DNA of 63,050 bases, filler included, from Hyphochytrium catenoides (GCA_900088475.1; 7 parts of 7 records of this genome joined end to end with filler, not necessarily neighbours in it); one strand, 5' to 3'; positions 26,081-38,931 are shown, numbered from the whole stretch's first letter. Notes: generated by a model not told the origin, from the letters alone. Translations and numbers: made by a program.

Positions 26081-28113
26081 TATTATCAACGACAAAGGTT
26101 TTTTTGACTTCGGTCACTTTATAGCTCTTCTACTACTCTCATCTTAGGAGTGGTCGACAGTCCAACAGCGGCAGCATAGAGTTGTCGCCTCTTAATCTTT
26201 GAAGATGGTAAGTAAATTGTAAAGTGCCGCATGCTTCAAAGCCCAGGTAGCTCCCTCATGATCGTTGTGCAGCTCTTGGACAGTGTAGTGGGCGATTGCA
26301 GGTAGATTATACAGAGCGACAACAGTTCTTGCCTTCTGAAACAGTAGAAGTAGCTAGCAAAAAAAATGATGCCTGATGAAGTACTGTTGCTACGGAAGAG
26401 CTCTTGGTGTTGCAGTACTTGTACGACTGTGCGCAATTGCACTGTAACCTACTCATTCCTGATGCTCAAAGGCTGGTAGTTCTATTCGTAGTCGTCTCGT
26501 AGAATGATTACTTCGGGGTCCTCACGAAGAGTAGTGTGCTTTCGCGTAGAGACTAGGATCTGCTGCCTTACTCAGTATAGTGATAGGAAGAAGAGGACGA
26601 GTAGGTAGGCCTCCGAAAGTACCAGCACAAGAATAGCAGCAGTTAGTTAAATAGTACGTAGTAGTGAGACACGGGGAAGAGTACTTATTCTAGAATGACC
26701 AGTAGTGTCCTTTATCACTTCTCAGACGTAGTAGTTAGCGAAGCAATAGCACAAAAGCAGACATTTCTTGGGTCACCAAACGTCAAGCGTTGAGCCTACC
26801 AAACTACTGTCATTTTCGGAGACTACTAGTAGAGCTACTCTTCTCATCATGCACTATTACTTATTATCATAGCCTTTGATAGCTGTAGGGGTGGTGGGGC
26901 CTCCAGATTGAGCCACCGCTCCCTTGGGCATGGGAAGGAGTACGCCGCTCTACTTACCGGTTTTATTACAAGATAGTTCTATGACACACTAATAAGGGAC
27001 GTAGTAGAACTATCAGGAAGAACCTGATTTCTTTCTGTCTGGAAGGAAGTCACGTGAAGGCGCAGCGTCGGCTACCAACAGATAGAAGGTAGTTTTATCA
27101 AGAGATATTTAGGAACACCATCGATTGGGAGAAGGTTGAGAACCCCAATCCTATTGGGAGAAGCTAGGAGGAGGTAGTGGAGTGTTTAGAAGAGTACTCA
27201 GTAGTAGTATTCGTAAGCGGTACGGCCAAACCCTCAAAAGGAAGTAGAATATACATGTAGAGCTACCTCTTTCCGAAGGAAGGCAGTAATAACACAACGT
27301 TAGTCGATACTACTCACTACTCAGTCTATTGCCATCAAGTAGTACAGTTCCGTTTCGTAAAGTATCTCATAGCAAGTGTCGCAGCAAAACTAACCCTTAA
27401 CGTCATTAGACTGTGTTTGACCCCACTTAGCGGACCATCATGAGAGATCAAAAGGTAGAGCAGAAGAATTCGGTAAATCTGTCCTATGTTCCTATGCCAC
27501 CTCGTGTCGCTGCTGTTGATGGACAGCTCGTCGTCCAACAACCAAGAATCGTAAAAGCATCCTTTGTACTTTATATGGGTGAACATGCCGCTGCCATTCT
27601 CGACAGGAGAGAACAAGATGATAGTCTTTGACTGCTGGACGACCTGTCAAATGCCATCAAGAGAAGAGGTTAGGAGAAGGATAGTTAGTTGTCTGCCAAT
27701 CATAGCTTGATAAGCTCTCTGCTGTCGGTGGCCTTGTGTCTTTCGTAGTCGGGAAAAGTTGACTGCTAGAGACCTATCAGATCAATGTACCTTATTTCTC
27801 CGACAGGAAAGGGTCAATAGGGGCCGTCGCTCTGTATGACCAGTCCTAAATGTATTAGAGCTTTTCCTCAACCTGGTCAAAAGAAGCGGAGCACATATCG
27901 GTCAAGATGTGTTGCTTAGATGTGGTGTCCCCAGAAGAAGTCCGCCTCCTCCCATCCAGTTCACAAGAAGAAAACACAAATTGACCGGACGGATTATCGG
28001 AAGTCCCGCTGAGACCGTCGTCGGGATGTGTGCATAGACCACTAACATATTATTGTAGTTCTACTACTGCGCACATCAACCAGAAGGAGTGTAACAGTAC
28101 GAGCACTACAGAG

Positions 28114-29420
28114 ATGCTCTCTTCACCACGCCGATTGTTACCCGCCTGCAGTAACTGTCAGAGATTGTTCAGGGCAGCGAACTCTTGTAAAGCTTCCTCT
28201 TCTTCTCTTCTTCTTCCAGGTGCCTCTCTCTACAGCCACATAATACCCGTCTCTTCGACGAACTGGGTAATCGTCTGGCCAACCTCAAAGAATCTTATCC
28301 TTCGTCACTACCATCAGCAACAAAGGGCATGGAAGGCTGTCGATGAGGGATTTCTCCTAGATGCTATCGCAGCAGCGCAGTCAGACTATACTGTCCAAAA
28401 GATGACTCCGTCATCTTTTTCTCAAGCCAGCGTTCCTTGCAACAGTGTAAGAAGTCACAAGGAGTCAGCAATAGTCGACAACAGCAAAGTAGTGATTGGG
28501 CAACAAGTACCACCAATCCTTGAAAAGTCCATTACAAGGCGTCGCCATCAACCAGGCACCCTCCAGCTTTCTCTCTATGGTCAGCATCCTCCATTATCGC
28601 AAAGGATAAACCGTCGACGCAGGCTCGTCTGGGGATACCAAGCGCCGAGGAGGCTAGCAATGAGTAATATATCCCCTTGTGGTACTCGATATAGTGAGGG
28701 AGAAGACAGAGGTACAGGAGGAGGAATTGCTGATATCTTGCGCAACTTTCCTGTCGGTGTGCACACACCTCTGCCCATCCAGGAAGAGAAAATGAAGCCT
28801 GATGAAGAGGCAGATGCACTATGTGCAGCGGGATCTAGCCTCATGCAACGGGAGGTCGACCATGACAGGATGCGGTGGATCCACCGCTTCGCATTACCTG
28901 GTGTCATTTCAGAGCTCTATGAAGATATGGTTGCCCACCTGTTGACCTGCTCTCAACCCGTGCGTCTTAAGAGCCGAAAGGGCAGAAGCCTCGGATACAG
29001 CCCTCTACAAATAAGGCTTGATGGCGTGAACCGACTTGGTATGATGAGCACTCCCCATCGCCATGCTCCTAAAATGTACCCTAAAATCATTCCTGGGATA
29101 TTATACTATCCTAGGGACAAATACTTCCCGCTTGTGGACTTCTATTTCATGGATCACCAAGGAGATGTAATGGGGATACAGGTCACATTAGAAAAAAACG
29201 CCAAAGGAAAGTGATCAAGAAGTCGACAATCTTGCGCTTTCAAACGAGATCTAACCTAGTGGACCTCAATAAGTTCCGCCTGATACTCGTTCCTTTGCCG
29301 AAATACGCGGATAAAGCGGAACTCTCTTTTGAAGAAGGCGTCGAAGTACCCTATGAAGTCTGGAAGTTGTCATCGCAGGTCGATCAGTTTCTAGAAGTAG
29401 CCAAAAGAACCCTACTGTAG
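28114..29420 (+). CDS. Crinkler/RHS-type REase-fold nuclease (member A), split by a -1 frameshift at 29192-29199
   Basis: ELYEDMV...LYYPRDKYFPLVDFYF...GIQVT in frame 0. The -1 frame continues RQRKVIKKS...RLILVP...YEVWKL, collinear with paralog E. First ATG at 28114. Confidence 0.8.
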
Positions 29421-29913
29421 CTTCTGTCATCTTCTTAGGATAGGCGTCGCCGCAGAAGCGCCGCCAAGGTTGCAATGATAAAGCGTACGATTGTCGTCCA
29501 CTCCTGGCAATGGCTAAACAACGCCGATCTGCACCGAATAGAGCTTGGTAATTCTGATGATGATGTACGCTACACACCCAAGACAAACCCCCATCATTGG
29601 TAACTGCGCACCCCGGCCAGCTGCATTATCTAGCTGATAATAGGGGCGTTCTCCTGATCAACCATTACCCAAGAGGAATATGCCGGCTTAAGCGACCTAG
29701 CTTCAGCTTAGGTCGAGTAGTAGTAGTCTATAACACTGCACTACCGTTTTCTTATCCTCAACTAAGTGAAACCACGACGTAAAGGACTTCTACGACACTG
29801 GATGGACGTTGCTCTTCTTAGATAGCGCTTGCGGTTAGACATAGCGAGCGCTTCTTGGACTCTCTTGACCGCAAACTCTTGCACCTATCAGATGATGGTT
29901 ACTACATTATCGT

Positions 29914-31833
29914 TTATTTTGCAATGGCGTCATATCTGTCTGGGATTTTCCAGATCTCAAGGCTTGGATTCGGGCCTTCGAGATGTTCTTCCAGAACGAA
30001 CTCCACATTATTGACACAAGTCCTTGGACTGGGACAAAGCACAAGCCTCAGTCTGGTAAAGTCCTTGAGCTTTAGAGAAGCCGACAGTCGCTTCACATTC
30101 TCAGTGGTCAGCACATGCCGCCCCGCATCCCTGGTAATCCACACGCCAACAACTTTGGTATCATGTCCTAGCTCGGAGCTACGTTTGAACAGTAAATGCG
30201 GCTTGTAGGATGTCATGTCGTCAAAGCGTTGATAGAGGACGCCTGGCTCCATATCTTCATGATTACAGATGTCGTTGACGCTTACAACTTCATCGCTCTT
30301 TCCCAGCTGAAGCCTGAAGGGCAGCCATTCGGAGTTCCTGCAGTCGCTATTACGATGGGTCCAAGCAACCCCTCCTGAAGATACCAGCAGGTCTGCTACG
30401 ACGCTTTGAAATATAAGTGGAGCTAAGGACGCCAGATATCCCTCTCCATCATCATTCCGCATTAGTGCCTGCCGTCTTGCAGTCAGGTGGGTAACCTCGA
30501 GCATGTTTCTCCCATAGATAAACTCTTCAGCAACGCATCTACTGGCAAAGTCCACCTCAGAATATCCTTGGAACCCAGGCTGCACTTTATATCTGACTAG
30601 GAGGTTGCTTATCTCAGGGTTCTCAATCCCGCATTCCACTAGGAAAGCGTCTTGATCAGTTCTCCAGATAGCCTCTACCAACTCGTCTTGAGCATACGAG
30701 AAATCCAGTGTCCTGCTTGGAAGTACAGGACAGAATCTGCCCCCAAACAGCTCATAGCTGTGGTTGATGCTATCCTTTGTATAATAATGCCTTAGACCTC
30801 GAGTCACATAGCCTTTGCTAAGCATGTAAGCTCCAACAGCTTGAAGGTCCTTCAAGTCCCATTCTGGCAAGTAGAATGTCACAGGTCTTGCTTGCTGCTC
30901 CCTGTATTTCGACGGAGAATTGGTGGCTAGCGTCCTCAAAATAGGTAAATAGGAGAGGTGCAGCTGTGAAGTAGTGGAAGTCATCCCTTTTACCAATTCT
31001 TCTTCTTTTGACAGTGTCTTAGGGTCCACTTCTAATCCTTGTGGCTCGACGTGCTGCAAACCAGCCAAGGCTGAATCTTTCTGTCGCATCACAGTCAGGG
31101 AAGGAGAAGGCGACCGAAGACCACTGCCGGGCAGGGACCCAAAGATGTCGGGCCGAAGAATTCTGGCCAGGTAATAATACTGGAAGAAGCACTTACCAGT
31201 GCCAGGACGACCAACCAATAACGCGGAGCTGGATCCATTTCTCACAATCTGCGACAACAGTGCTGGATAGACGCTTCTAATGAAAAGAACGTTGTGTGCT
31301 ACGCCCCAACACGGCAGTGATCCAGGCTGCGCATCGACGATTAATGCATCCACCGTGTCCGAGACTTTTTCTAGGCGACATGTCTTGCTGGAAATGGCAG
31401 TCACAAGACTAGTAATAGAAGATTCATCAGATCCAGGGAGAATGCGATCTATACAAGTACGTTCGTCATGATGGTTGTCTTCTTGTGGTGATGACGAGAA
31501 AGAGACCGAATTAGCCATAGTTGGAAGGGCTGTCGGCCGGGGTATTTTCAGCAGGCCTTTACCATTTGTCAAAAGGGTTCCACAGCGGAAACCCCAAAGA
31601 GGGCTCAACTCATGTCTCCGTGAATTTCTCTGGGTAACTCTCCGTTGCGTGCAAGAAGACTTCTTTTTTGCTTCATGCGTTGTAAAATTCCATAGCAGCG
31701 GCCAAGATGGGGTCTTTGTCTTTAAGAGAACTTTCCAGCTCTGTTTGCTGCAAGCTAAACCTACTCGAGCTAATTCCAGTAGGTGGCGCGGCGTTGAAGG
31801 GCCCGTCAGCGGAAAGCGTCTTGCCGAATACAT
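29914..31833 (-). CDS. Crinkler/RHS-type P-loop NTPase plus degenerate REase (member B)
   Basis: LFIRSVY, LLVGRPGTGKCFFQYY, FYLPEWDLKDL, FGGRFCPVL; C-terminal RLRLVLCPSP...EIWKIP. Intronless; first ATG at 31833. Confidence 0.85.
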   Translation of the reverse strand: MYSARRFPLTGPSTPRHLLELARVGLACSKQSWKVLLKTKTPSWPLLWNFTTHEAKKKSSCTQRRVTQRNSRRHELSPLWGFRCGTLLTNGKGLLKIPRPTALPTMANSVSFSSSPQEDNHHDERTCIDRILPGSDESSITSLVTAISSKTCRLEKVSDTVDALIVDAQPGSLPCWGVAHNVLFIRSVYPALLSQIVRNGSSSALLVGRPGTGKCFFQYYYLARILRPDIFGSLPGSGLRSPSPSLTVMRQKDSALAGLQHVEPQGLEVDPKTLSKEEELVKGMTSTTSQLHLSYLPILRTLATNSPSKYREQQARPVTFYLPEWDLKDLQAVGAYMLSKGYVTRGLRHYYTKDSINHSYELFGGRFCPVLPSRTLDFSYAQDELVEAIWRTDQDAFLVECGIENPEISNLLVRYKVQPGFQGYSEVDFASRCVAEEFIYGRNMLEVTHLTARRQALMRNDDGEGYLASLAPLIFQSVVADLLVSSGGVAWTHRNSDCRNSEWLPFRLQLGKSDEVVSVNDICNHEDMEPGVLYQRFDDMTSYKPHLLFKRSSELGHDTKVVGVWITRDAGRHVLTTENVKRLSASLKLKDFTRLRLVLCPSPRTCVNNVEFVLEEHLEGPNPSLEIWKIPDRYDAIAK

Positions 31834-34067
31834 GGCTGCCAAGCATTGGAAGAGGTAGGAGCTACCCCCTGTATCTGATCATATCTGTCTGCGCCACTTT
31901 TTCGCTTCCTAGCATTGCCAAGCCACTGCCTGTGTCAAGAGGCTTTATTTCAATCAGAGAAGACCTTAACAACTTGAAGCCTGCTGCTAGCCAGTAGTCC
32001 CGTTTGCAGTGCAAATACGAACCCTAAGGACGGCCGTTCTTTGTTTCCGGAGCCCTTTTGCTAGTCCTTTACCAAGCCCAAAGAGCTCCGCATTGCAAAG
32101 TCCAGTTATTTACTAGTCTTCTCACCGTAAAGTAGTAGCCTAGAAGTGAGGTCTTTTACAGGCTGCAATTTGCCTCAAAACTTACGCGCAGCCTTTAGAG
32201 CTCAAGACTTTGGAATGGTTGCGCCACGGGAACAAGAGAAGAACAGGTGAAAAAGAGGCGGGAAAGCAGTTCCTATCCTCATAACTCTAGTTATTAGCTA
32301 CATTATACTCCTTCTTCCCACTACAGATGCTCTTAAGCTACAGGCCAGTATGAGGCCTCCTTGTTACAAGGCAAAGAATTGAAGTCACAATCCCTATTGT
32401 CGTGAACTTAAGGTTGGCCCCTGGATGGTGCTGCTAACATCCTTGTTCAACAGTAGAAAGTGAATCAGGCAAGATACCAGCGATAATACGGAGCCAACTA
32501 CTTCAACTTCAATGCAGAGGAACGCTAATATGCCCTGTCTTGTTTAGACCATATTCGGTCGATACATAGAGTGGATACATGCAGTCCTCAGAAGAGGACA
32601 CTTCCAGCTAGATTGAAGACATTAATAACAGCAGAGACTGAAGACTTTGACAACAGCAGAAGGGGAGTGCGGTAGGCAGAGGAAGGAGACTAGCGAAGGC
32701 GACCTCTTGAAGTCTTTAAACAAAAATCTGGAACTTCGAGGATCAGTAAAGTATTTGATCATCAGCATCTCATGCAGAGTAGTGGCGTAAGGGCTTGTAC
32801 AAGGACTTGACCGTCCTTCTTTATGGATAAATCAAAGGTCGGTCTATCCCTTCCGGTTACATTGAGCTCTATAGGATAGAAGGAGCTTGGCACTTGCACC
32901 TCGCCAAAGCACAAGGGAGGTGGTCCCCAAGAGCAGGAGCGTCGCCCGATCGTGTTGCCTTATTATTAGGGCCACAACCCGTCAAACAATCTGTACGAGT
33001 AACGATAAGCAGCATGGGTTGATTCGAGCAACAGCAGCGCCAAGCGGGTCACACAATTGAATCAATGCCCACCCTATTATTCCTCTGCTTAGGCCAACGG
33101 ATCACCAGGGTTTTCAGCCCTATCAGCAACCTTTCGCACCCAGAGTTGGAGTTTATGGATAACTTTCAATCGTCCTTGAAAAAAATGTACTCTTCTACTT
33201 GAGACAACAGCCGTCACGGTGAGCAATCACCAATCACACTCTTTTTATTCAAGGTAGCAGGTTGTAGCTTTACAGCTATCCTTCGACGACAGCCATTAGT
33301 TCTATATCCCCATCTCCGCTCCCATTCTACATTCTTCTTCGGCAGTGTACTTCTCGAGGACCATAGTAGTTCTACGCCAAGAAGTAGCGGCTATGGGGCT
33401 ATGGAGACCTTGAGTAGACCACTGCCCCACAGTCTCATTGTTACAACGGCCCCTGTATGGCAAGCAGTTACCCAGCACTCGTCTGGTCATTATCCCGAAG
33501 AACAATGAACAATTCCACACCAGGCCCTCTTGCACTGTAAGTTACAGTTCGCTTAGTAGTAGTAGGTTCTATCTGTATCTTGCCCATCAACTTTCTGCCA
33601 GTATCAGCTGTTTATGTTATGATGGGAACTATTATTCCGAACTAACTACTTTTATTGACCAGATATAAGAATTGAAGAGGAAAGGAGGAAGTACTACAAA
33701 TCTCTACGCTTCCCTACTAGTAATAAACCTACCAACTATTACTACACTTTTTTAAAGCCTACTGTAGTAACTTGTACTAGGTTGATAGTAGAAGACGAGA
33801 GTCTCTTCTGTATAACTGATCTGCAGCCGCCTTGAGATAGTGCTGAGGACATAAGGGAAGGGGCCATGTTTCGTTCTATAGCTTCATTCTCTAGGGGTTG
33901 GAGACAACAACGATCCTTCCACCGCGGGCACGGTGGCAAAATGTAATTTCCTCTCTTTCGCGCAACATCTTCGCTGTTCACTCTACGTCTGTTACCAATT
34001 GATGAGCCCCCAATAGCCTTGGCCGCATCTGAGATATCATCCACATCAGCTAGGTTGTGCTTACACA

Positions 34068-35855
34068 ATGCTGAGATCTCCTCTCAGCGCTCACAACGCT
34101 GCAATTGCGAGACTTATCATGCCTGGAAGAAGAACCCAACCAATCCGATGCAGCAGGACCCAACACTTCGGGCAAGCCATTACTCCAGTTGCAGTCTCTT
34201 ACGCGACGGGTAAGAGAATGAGGGAATTCTCAACCGCCCACATACAGAAGTATGGAGCTCCTCCGCTTAGCTCACGTGATAAGGTCACTCCTAAGCAAAA
34301 AGAGGAGCAAGAGACCCTCTCATACCTTTATCGTGCCATGACAAGCAAAAATTGTCGAGTAGAAAAGGTCTCGGATACTGTTGATGCTTTCATCATAGAT
34401 TCGGAGCCTGGACTTCTGGGGGAGTGGGATCTGGGCTACAATATACTCTTCATCAGAAGCTTTTACCCAGTGCTATTATCTAAGATAAGAGCCCACACAC
34501 CGTCAACGGTTTTACTGATTGGGAGTCCCGGAATTGGCAAGACCTTCTTTCAGTACTACTACGTTGCCAGGATCCTTCGCCCTGACATCTTTGGGTCCTT
34601 ACCTGTGGATGCCAATGGTACTTCGTTGATCTCTAAGGTACTTTTGAAACAGAAAGGATCCTCCGAAGTCGAGGCCCTGAGCCTGCAAAGCCTACAAGCA
34701 GAGAAGGTCGCCGCTGAGAAAAGCCCAGGCTTGACTGGATCTTCGAAGGACAGTGAAACCGTAACATTTATAGAAGTCGATCGTACTGAGGTACATGCGG
34801 CTACCTCCCTGGTGCTACAGTCCATGAGTTCGAGCTTAGCAACGGTCCCGACAGGCACCAACTACAGCGAGCTTCTGGCTTCAAGCAGTGGCGAAGTTGT
34901 TGAGTTTTACCTGCCGGAGTGGGAGCTGAAGGAATTACAGGCTGTGGGAACCTATCTTCTGGACAACAATTACGTCCCTGCTAAACTAAGGCGCTACTAT
35001 ACCCTTGACTGCATTGAACTGATGCATCAATTGTACGGCGGAAAGTTCCGTCATGTCCTGTCAGCAGAAGCCTTGACTTCACCCGAGGGCGACCATAATT
35101 TGTCCCATGCTTTGCTAACGACAGATGGAAACACTTTGTTAGAAGACTGCCGTCTTGACAACCCTAACATCAGCAATCTTTTGTTGCGCTATGACGTCAA
35201 TCCGGATTTTAGGAGCTACAACGGTGTTGATCTGCTGAACGAATTCGTGGTTTACCAGTACATTTATAAGAGAGATATTCTAGGCATGGTTGATCTGTCT
35301 GTCCAACGAGGAGCTCTAATACGAAACGACAAGGGTGGCGGTTACCTAGAATCGATAGCCCCTTTGCTTTTCCACAATGTGGTTGCTGAGCTATTGACTA
35401 GCCCACGTGGGGTTACTTGGGCCCAACGTGCGAGCAGTTGTGAACCATGGGAATGGTTGAAATTCACCCTTCGACTGCGGGAGAATCACACAGGTGATTG
35501 CCTGTTGGACGTTACGGATTATCGGACTATGGAATGCGGGGTACTTTATGAGAGCTTTGATACAGCCTTTCCTAGGCTAAACTTCTTATTCAGAATTAAG
35601 GAAGACGGTGTCAGAGAGACTGTCACTGGCATCTTTATCACTCGGAAGAAGGGAACCCATCTGCTCACCGCAGAGAATATAGTGGACATAATGAAGGCAC
35701 TGAGAATTGAAGACCCAACGATGTTACGTCTTGTTATCTGTCCAAGTCCGACCCTCTGCGAAGAAACAGACCTAGTTCTAGAAGAAGATCTAAAGGATCC
35801 AGCACCTGGCCTTCATGTGTGGAGACTTCCTAACACTTATGATCCTTGTCTCTAG
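34068..35855 (+). CDS. Crinkler/RHS-type P-loop NTPase plus degenerate REase (member C), paralog of B
   Basis: LFIRSFY, LLIGSPGIGKTFFQYY, TFIEVD (putative Walker B), FYLPEWELKEL, YGGKFRHVL; shares ARILRPDIFGSLP with B. Confidence 0.88.
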   Translation: MLRSPLSAHNAAIARLIMPGRRTQPIRCSRTQHFGQAITPVAVSYATGKRMREFSTAHIQKYGAPPLSSRDKVTPKQKEEQETLSYLYRAMTSKNCRVEKVSDTVDAFIIDSEPGLLGEWDLGYNILFIRSFYPVLLSKIRAHTPSTVLLIGSPGIGKTFFQYYYVARILRPDIFGSLPVDANGTSLISKVLLKQKGSSEVEALSLQSLQAEKVAAEKSPGLTGSSKDSETVTFIEVDRTEVHAATSLVLQSMSSSLATVPTGTNYSELLASSSGEVVEFYLPEWELKELQAVGTYLLDNNYVPAKLRRYYTLDCIELMHQLYGGKFRHVLSAEALTSPEGDHNLSHALLTTDGNTLLEDCRLDNPNISNLLLRYDVNPDFRSYNGVDLLNEFVVYQYIYKRDILGMVDLSVQRGALIRNDKGGGYLESIAPLLFHNVVAELLTSPRGVTWAQRASSCEPWEWLKFTLRLRENHTGDCLLDVTDYRTMECGVLYESFDTAFPRLNFLFRIKEDGVRETVTGIFITRKKGTHLLTAENIVDIMKALRIEDPTMLRLVICPSPTLCEETDLVLEEDLKDPAPGLHVWRLPNTYDPCL

Positions 35856-36481
35856 CACTTGTGTCCATACATCTCCTGCTAGGCTCGATGCGAAAGAGGC
35901 GTCAAAGAAGGATAATGATGCAAATGATCCTTCGCCCACACATCAAGAACAAGAAGCAGCGCCAGGCACCGATAGGTTTATGACCTGCAAGGAATCGCCC
36001 GCGAAAATAATGTCCTTATTCGGGCGCAGGTTAGCTAAGCCAGAGGCCTCTATGGAAATATTAATACTGGGCACCCCCACAACTTATATCGCGCTCAATC
36101 AAAGCTCTTCTACCAATGCGTCGTGTTCCCTAGCTCAACTTAAGATATTGATAATTTTTCCTAGTCCCTCCCCTATTTCTTTTGTCGTTCTCTCCTATTA
36201 GTAGTCACCGCGATAGACTCTAAGCAACTGTATGTCTTCTGTTGCTCAGAATCCCATAACTCTACCTTCCCCTACTTGTCTCCAGACAGCGAGACCCAAG
36301 TGCCATGGGTCACCTTCTTCAGAGAGGTGCTCACATGATGCAACTACACGAACCTCTTCTTCGCTAGCAAACAGCTTAGGTGGCTACGTCATCTCTTTCT
36401 ATAGAGACAGAGAATAGATCTTTAGTATTACGGCAGGATATGATTTGATTGTTTCAAGAACAATATTTCTCGCTACGATGT

Positions 36482-37519
36482 TTATGATCCATCCGTCGTA
36501 GCCAAAGATCGTGCGGCGGCTAGAACGGTTTCCACTCTCAGCTCGGGCGGCATCTTCCATACCTCAAACTCTACTTCTCTCACGGTGCGGACAGTCCCTT
36601 GTGGCTCATCATCTAATTGACTTGGAAAATCGTCAGGGTGCACCCTCGGCCGTAGGGGAAGTAGTATTACCTTCAGTTTATTGGGATCGTGAAGGTCTAG
36701 AGCTTCAGCAATATCTGAAGCCGATAAGACGTTGGCTTCCTCAAGCTGGCTAGTTAAAGCAACCTTTATAGCTTTGACTACTCCATCCTCCTCCATAAAA
36801 ATGATATTTTTTATGGGAGCAGGAGTACTTGGCGTACCGAGTGAGTATAGCCTCTGTGGGCGCATGCGCCAATACCTCAAGCTTTCTGCATTTGCCACCC
36901 TTTCCACCAGCCCATCAAACGTGGGAAGCTTCAATGGACTGTATGAGGAGCCTCCTGACGCGGGCCGGGATTGCCATCCTTGACGATCATTTAAGAGTGC
37001 TTGAATCACTAGCTCACCACCGAGGAGGGCCTCGTCTGTCAGATAATAGCGCTTCGCCTTACTACCTTCCAATGCTGGGTTCCGGTCTTTTTCCACGGTG
37101 CCCACAATGGTTACCCCATACTGAGCTGGTGCATGGACTAAGGGCTCACGGCGGTTTCTTGGCTCATGATGTTTAAGTCGCATTATAGTTGATTCTTCCT
37201 TATTGCAATGTTGAGGATTATTAGTGGCCTTGTTTGCCAAAGGTGATGATGGAGAGATGACGGGCATAATGGTAGAGAGAAAGCGTCTTCCGGAACACGG
37301 CGCCAGTTTGAGGCAGCCATTGTCAGCAAACTTTACAGCTTGGCATCTAGCGGGAAAGCAATAGCAAAGAGGGGAGTTTCGGAGCTGCGAAGCTCTTCTG
37401 AGCAGTAAAGATGCAGCCGCTGGTGCAACTTGAAGACTAGGAGAGCCTCGATTTACTGCCGCTTGAATGCTGGGCTCGGTGTATAAGATTACGCGAAGGG
37501 ACGACATGGATGTAGTCAT
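36482..37519 (-). CDS. Divergent REase-only member of the same family (member D), catalytic motif eroded
   Basis: ELVIQAL...GW...YSPLKL...LY...IIFMEEDG..KAIKV...KLKVILLP...FEVWKMP aligns with member E. Confidence 0.72.
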   Translation of the reverse strand: MTTSMSSLRVILYTEPSIQAAVNRGSPSLQVAPAAASLLLRRASQLRNSPLCYCFPARCQAVKFADNGCLKLAPCSGRRFLSTIMPVISPSSPLANKATNNPQHCNKEESTIMRLKHHEPRNRREPLVHAPAQYGVTIVGTVEKDRNPALEGSKAKRYYLTDEALLGGELVIQALLNDRQGWQSRPASGGSSYSPLKLPTFDGLVERVANAESLRYWRMRPQRLYSLGTPSTPAPIKNIIFMEEDGVVKAIKVALTSQLEEANVLSASDIAEALDLHDPNKLKVILLPLRPRVHPDDFPSQLDDEPQGTVRTVREVEFEVWKMPPELRVETVLAAARSLATTDGS

Positions 37520-38931
37520 GTGTGATTAGTTGTGAAGCCTCGTTCGTTATTGAACTCTTTTGAAAATGGCAAGAGTTGCGTTGCTGAGAAAAAGTGTGGT
37601 TACTGCTCTTCTGCGCCTAGTACAGCCTGTTGTAGAACTACTGTTGAGTCGGTCTTCGACGATACTTGGTAGTTCCAGGCACCTAGAGCGTCTCTCAGCT
37701 CTCTCGTTTTGGACTCAGCGAGCAACGTCACCAGTCAGGAGGAAGACCACTACATATGGTGCCTGGCAAAATTTAGCAGTAAAGCAGTCCCTGTAGCTTA
37801 GGTGTAGAACTAATTCCACTACTACTAGCCACTATGTTTCGGTAAAGTTGCTGGTAGTGCTACTAGCTACTACTGCTACCAAGACAAGATATGCGGTCTA
37901 CCACTGTCTTTTCTTGGACCGCTTTGCTATGAGCGTACTCTAGAAGTGTTGTAAGCACGGCTAGCTCTTTCCTATTTTTTTTATAGTAATAAAACAAAAG
38001 AAATTTGAAAGAGGATCAACGATTCCATGCTTGAAAGATCTAGACTCCAGGTCTATTTGAGTTTGACACACGAGAGCCGTTGGCCTTGACAAGTAATACA
38101 CCTGGTATGTACTATAAAGGGACCCCAAGAATAGAGCTATTACAGAACTACGTGTGGCTCAATTCTGTGAGTGGGATGGGGTCAGAGCACGTCACTCTTT
38201 TTTCAATTCCATCTTATGTGCAAGCTAGCTGGCTACTCATGTCTACCTACAGATGCTCTTCAGTGATTCAGCGGAAAAAGTGGGCGCCGGACATTGATGA
38301 CTTCTGACCGGTGATGAACCAAATTGTGGATCTATCGTCCGTCAATCAATCTGCAGTCTCAAGCCATCACTGGAAAGTCGAAGGGGCTAATGGTCAGTCC
38401 TGGTAGAACTACATGTAACCGTTTTAGAAGTGAAATAGGGGATGGGGTGTGGTGGCAGCACTTTATTGTGTGGTCCATTTATTTACTTGTAACCATCTGT
38501 CCAAACCCTACCCATAAAGAGAGCTCACTGCTTTGTTAGAGATTCCAACTAAGGTCAGTGATAAAAGGCACTATCATCAGAAAAAGGGTACCTGGACGAC
38601 AAAGAGGTTCTGTGAATTGAGCTTGATGGCTCTTGACGTTAGTGGAACTAGTCAACAAATAACCATGAGGAAGAATGAAATGGCCTATTCTGCACACTAC
38701 TCTTTGGTATCATCGGGTATTGCACAATAGTGCACTCAAAAATCGCCGATAGTTTATCATTACCGAGGCTGTCGACAAATAGGCGCCACCTTGACCTGTT
38801 GGAAGTGACATACAAATCATTTCTTAAGCTCCACCCTAACGCGCATTCAATCATCATTGACTAGACCCAATTGGAACAACTAACTTAAGGGCGTTCCCAA
38901 GCCTGCGTCCGATCACCAGAACTTTCAAAAT

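Noticed and set aside
25215-26110. Loose inverted match (GTCAAAACCTATTGTCGT versus ACGACAAAGGTTTTTTTGAC) flanking the RLE relic as TIRs
   Set aside because: Short, gapped and low complexity, with no TSD; non-LTR elements lack TIRs.
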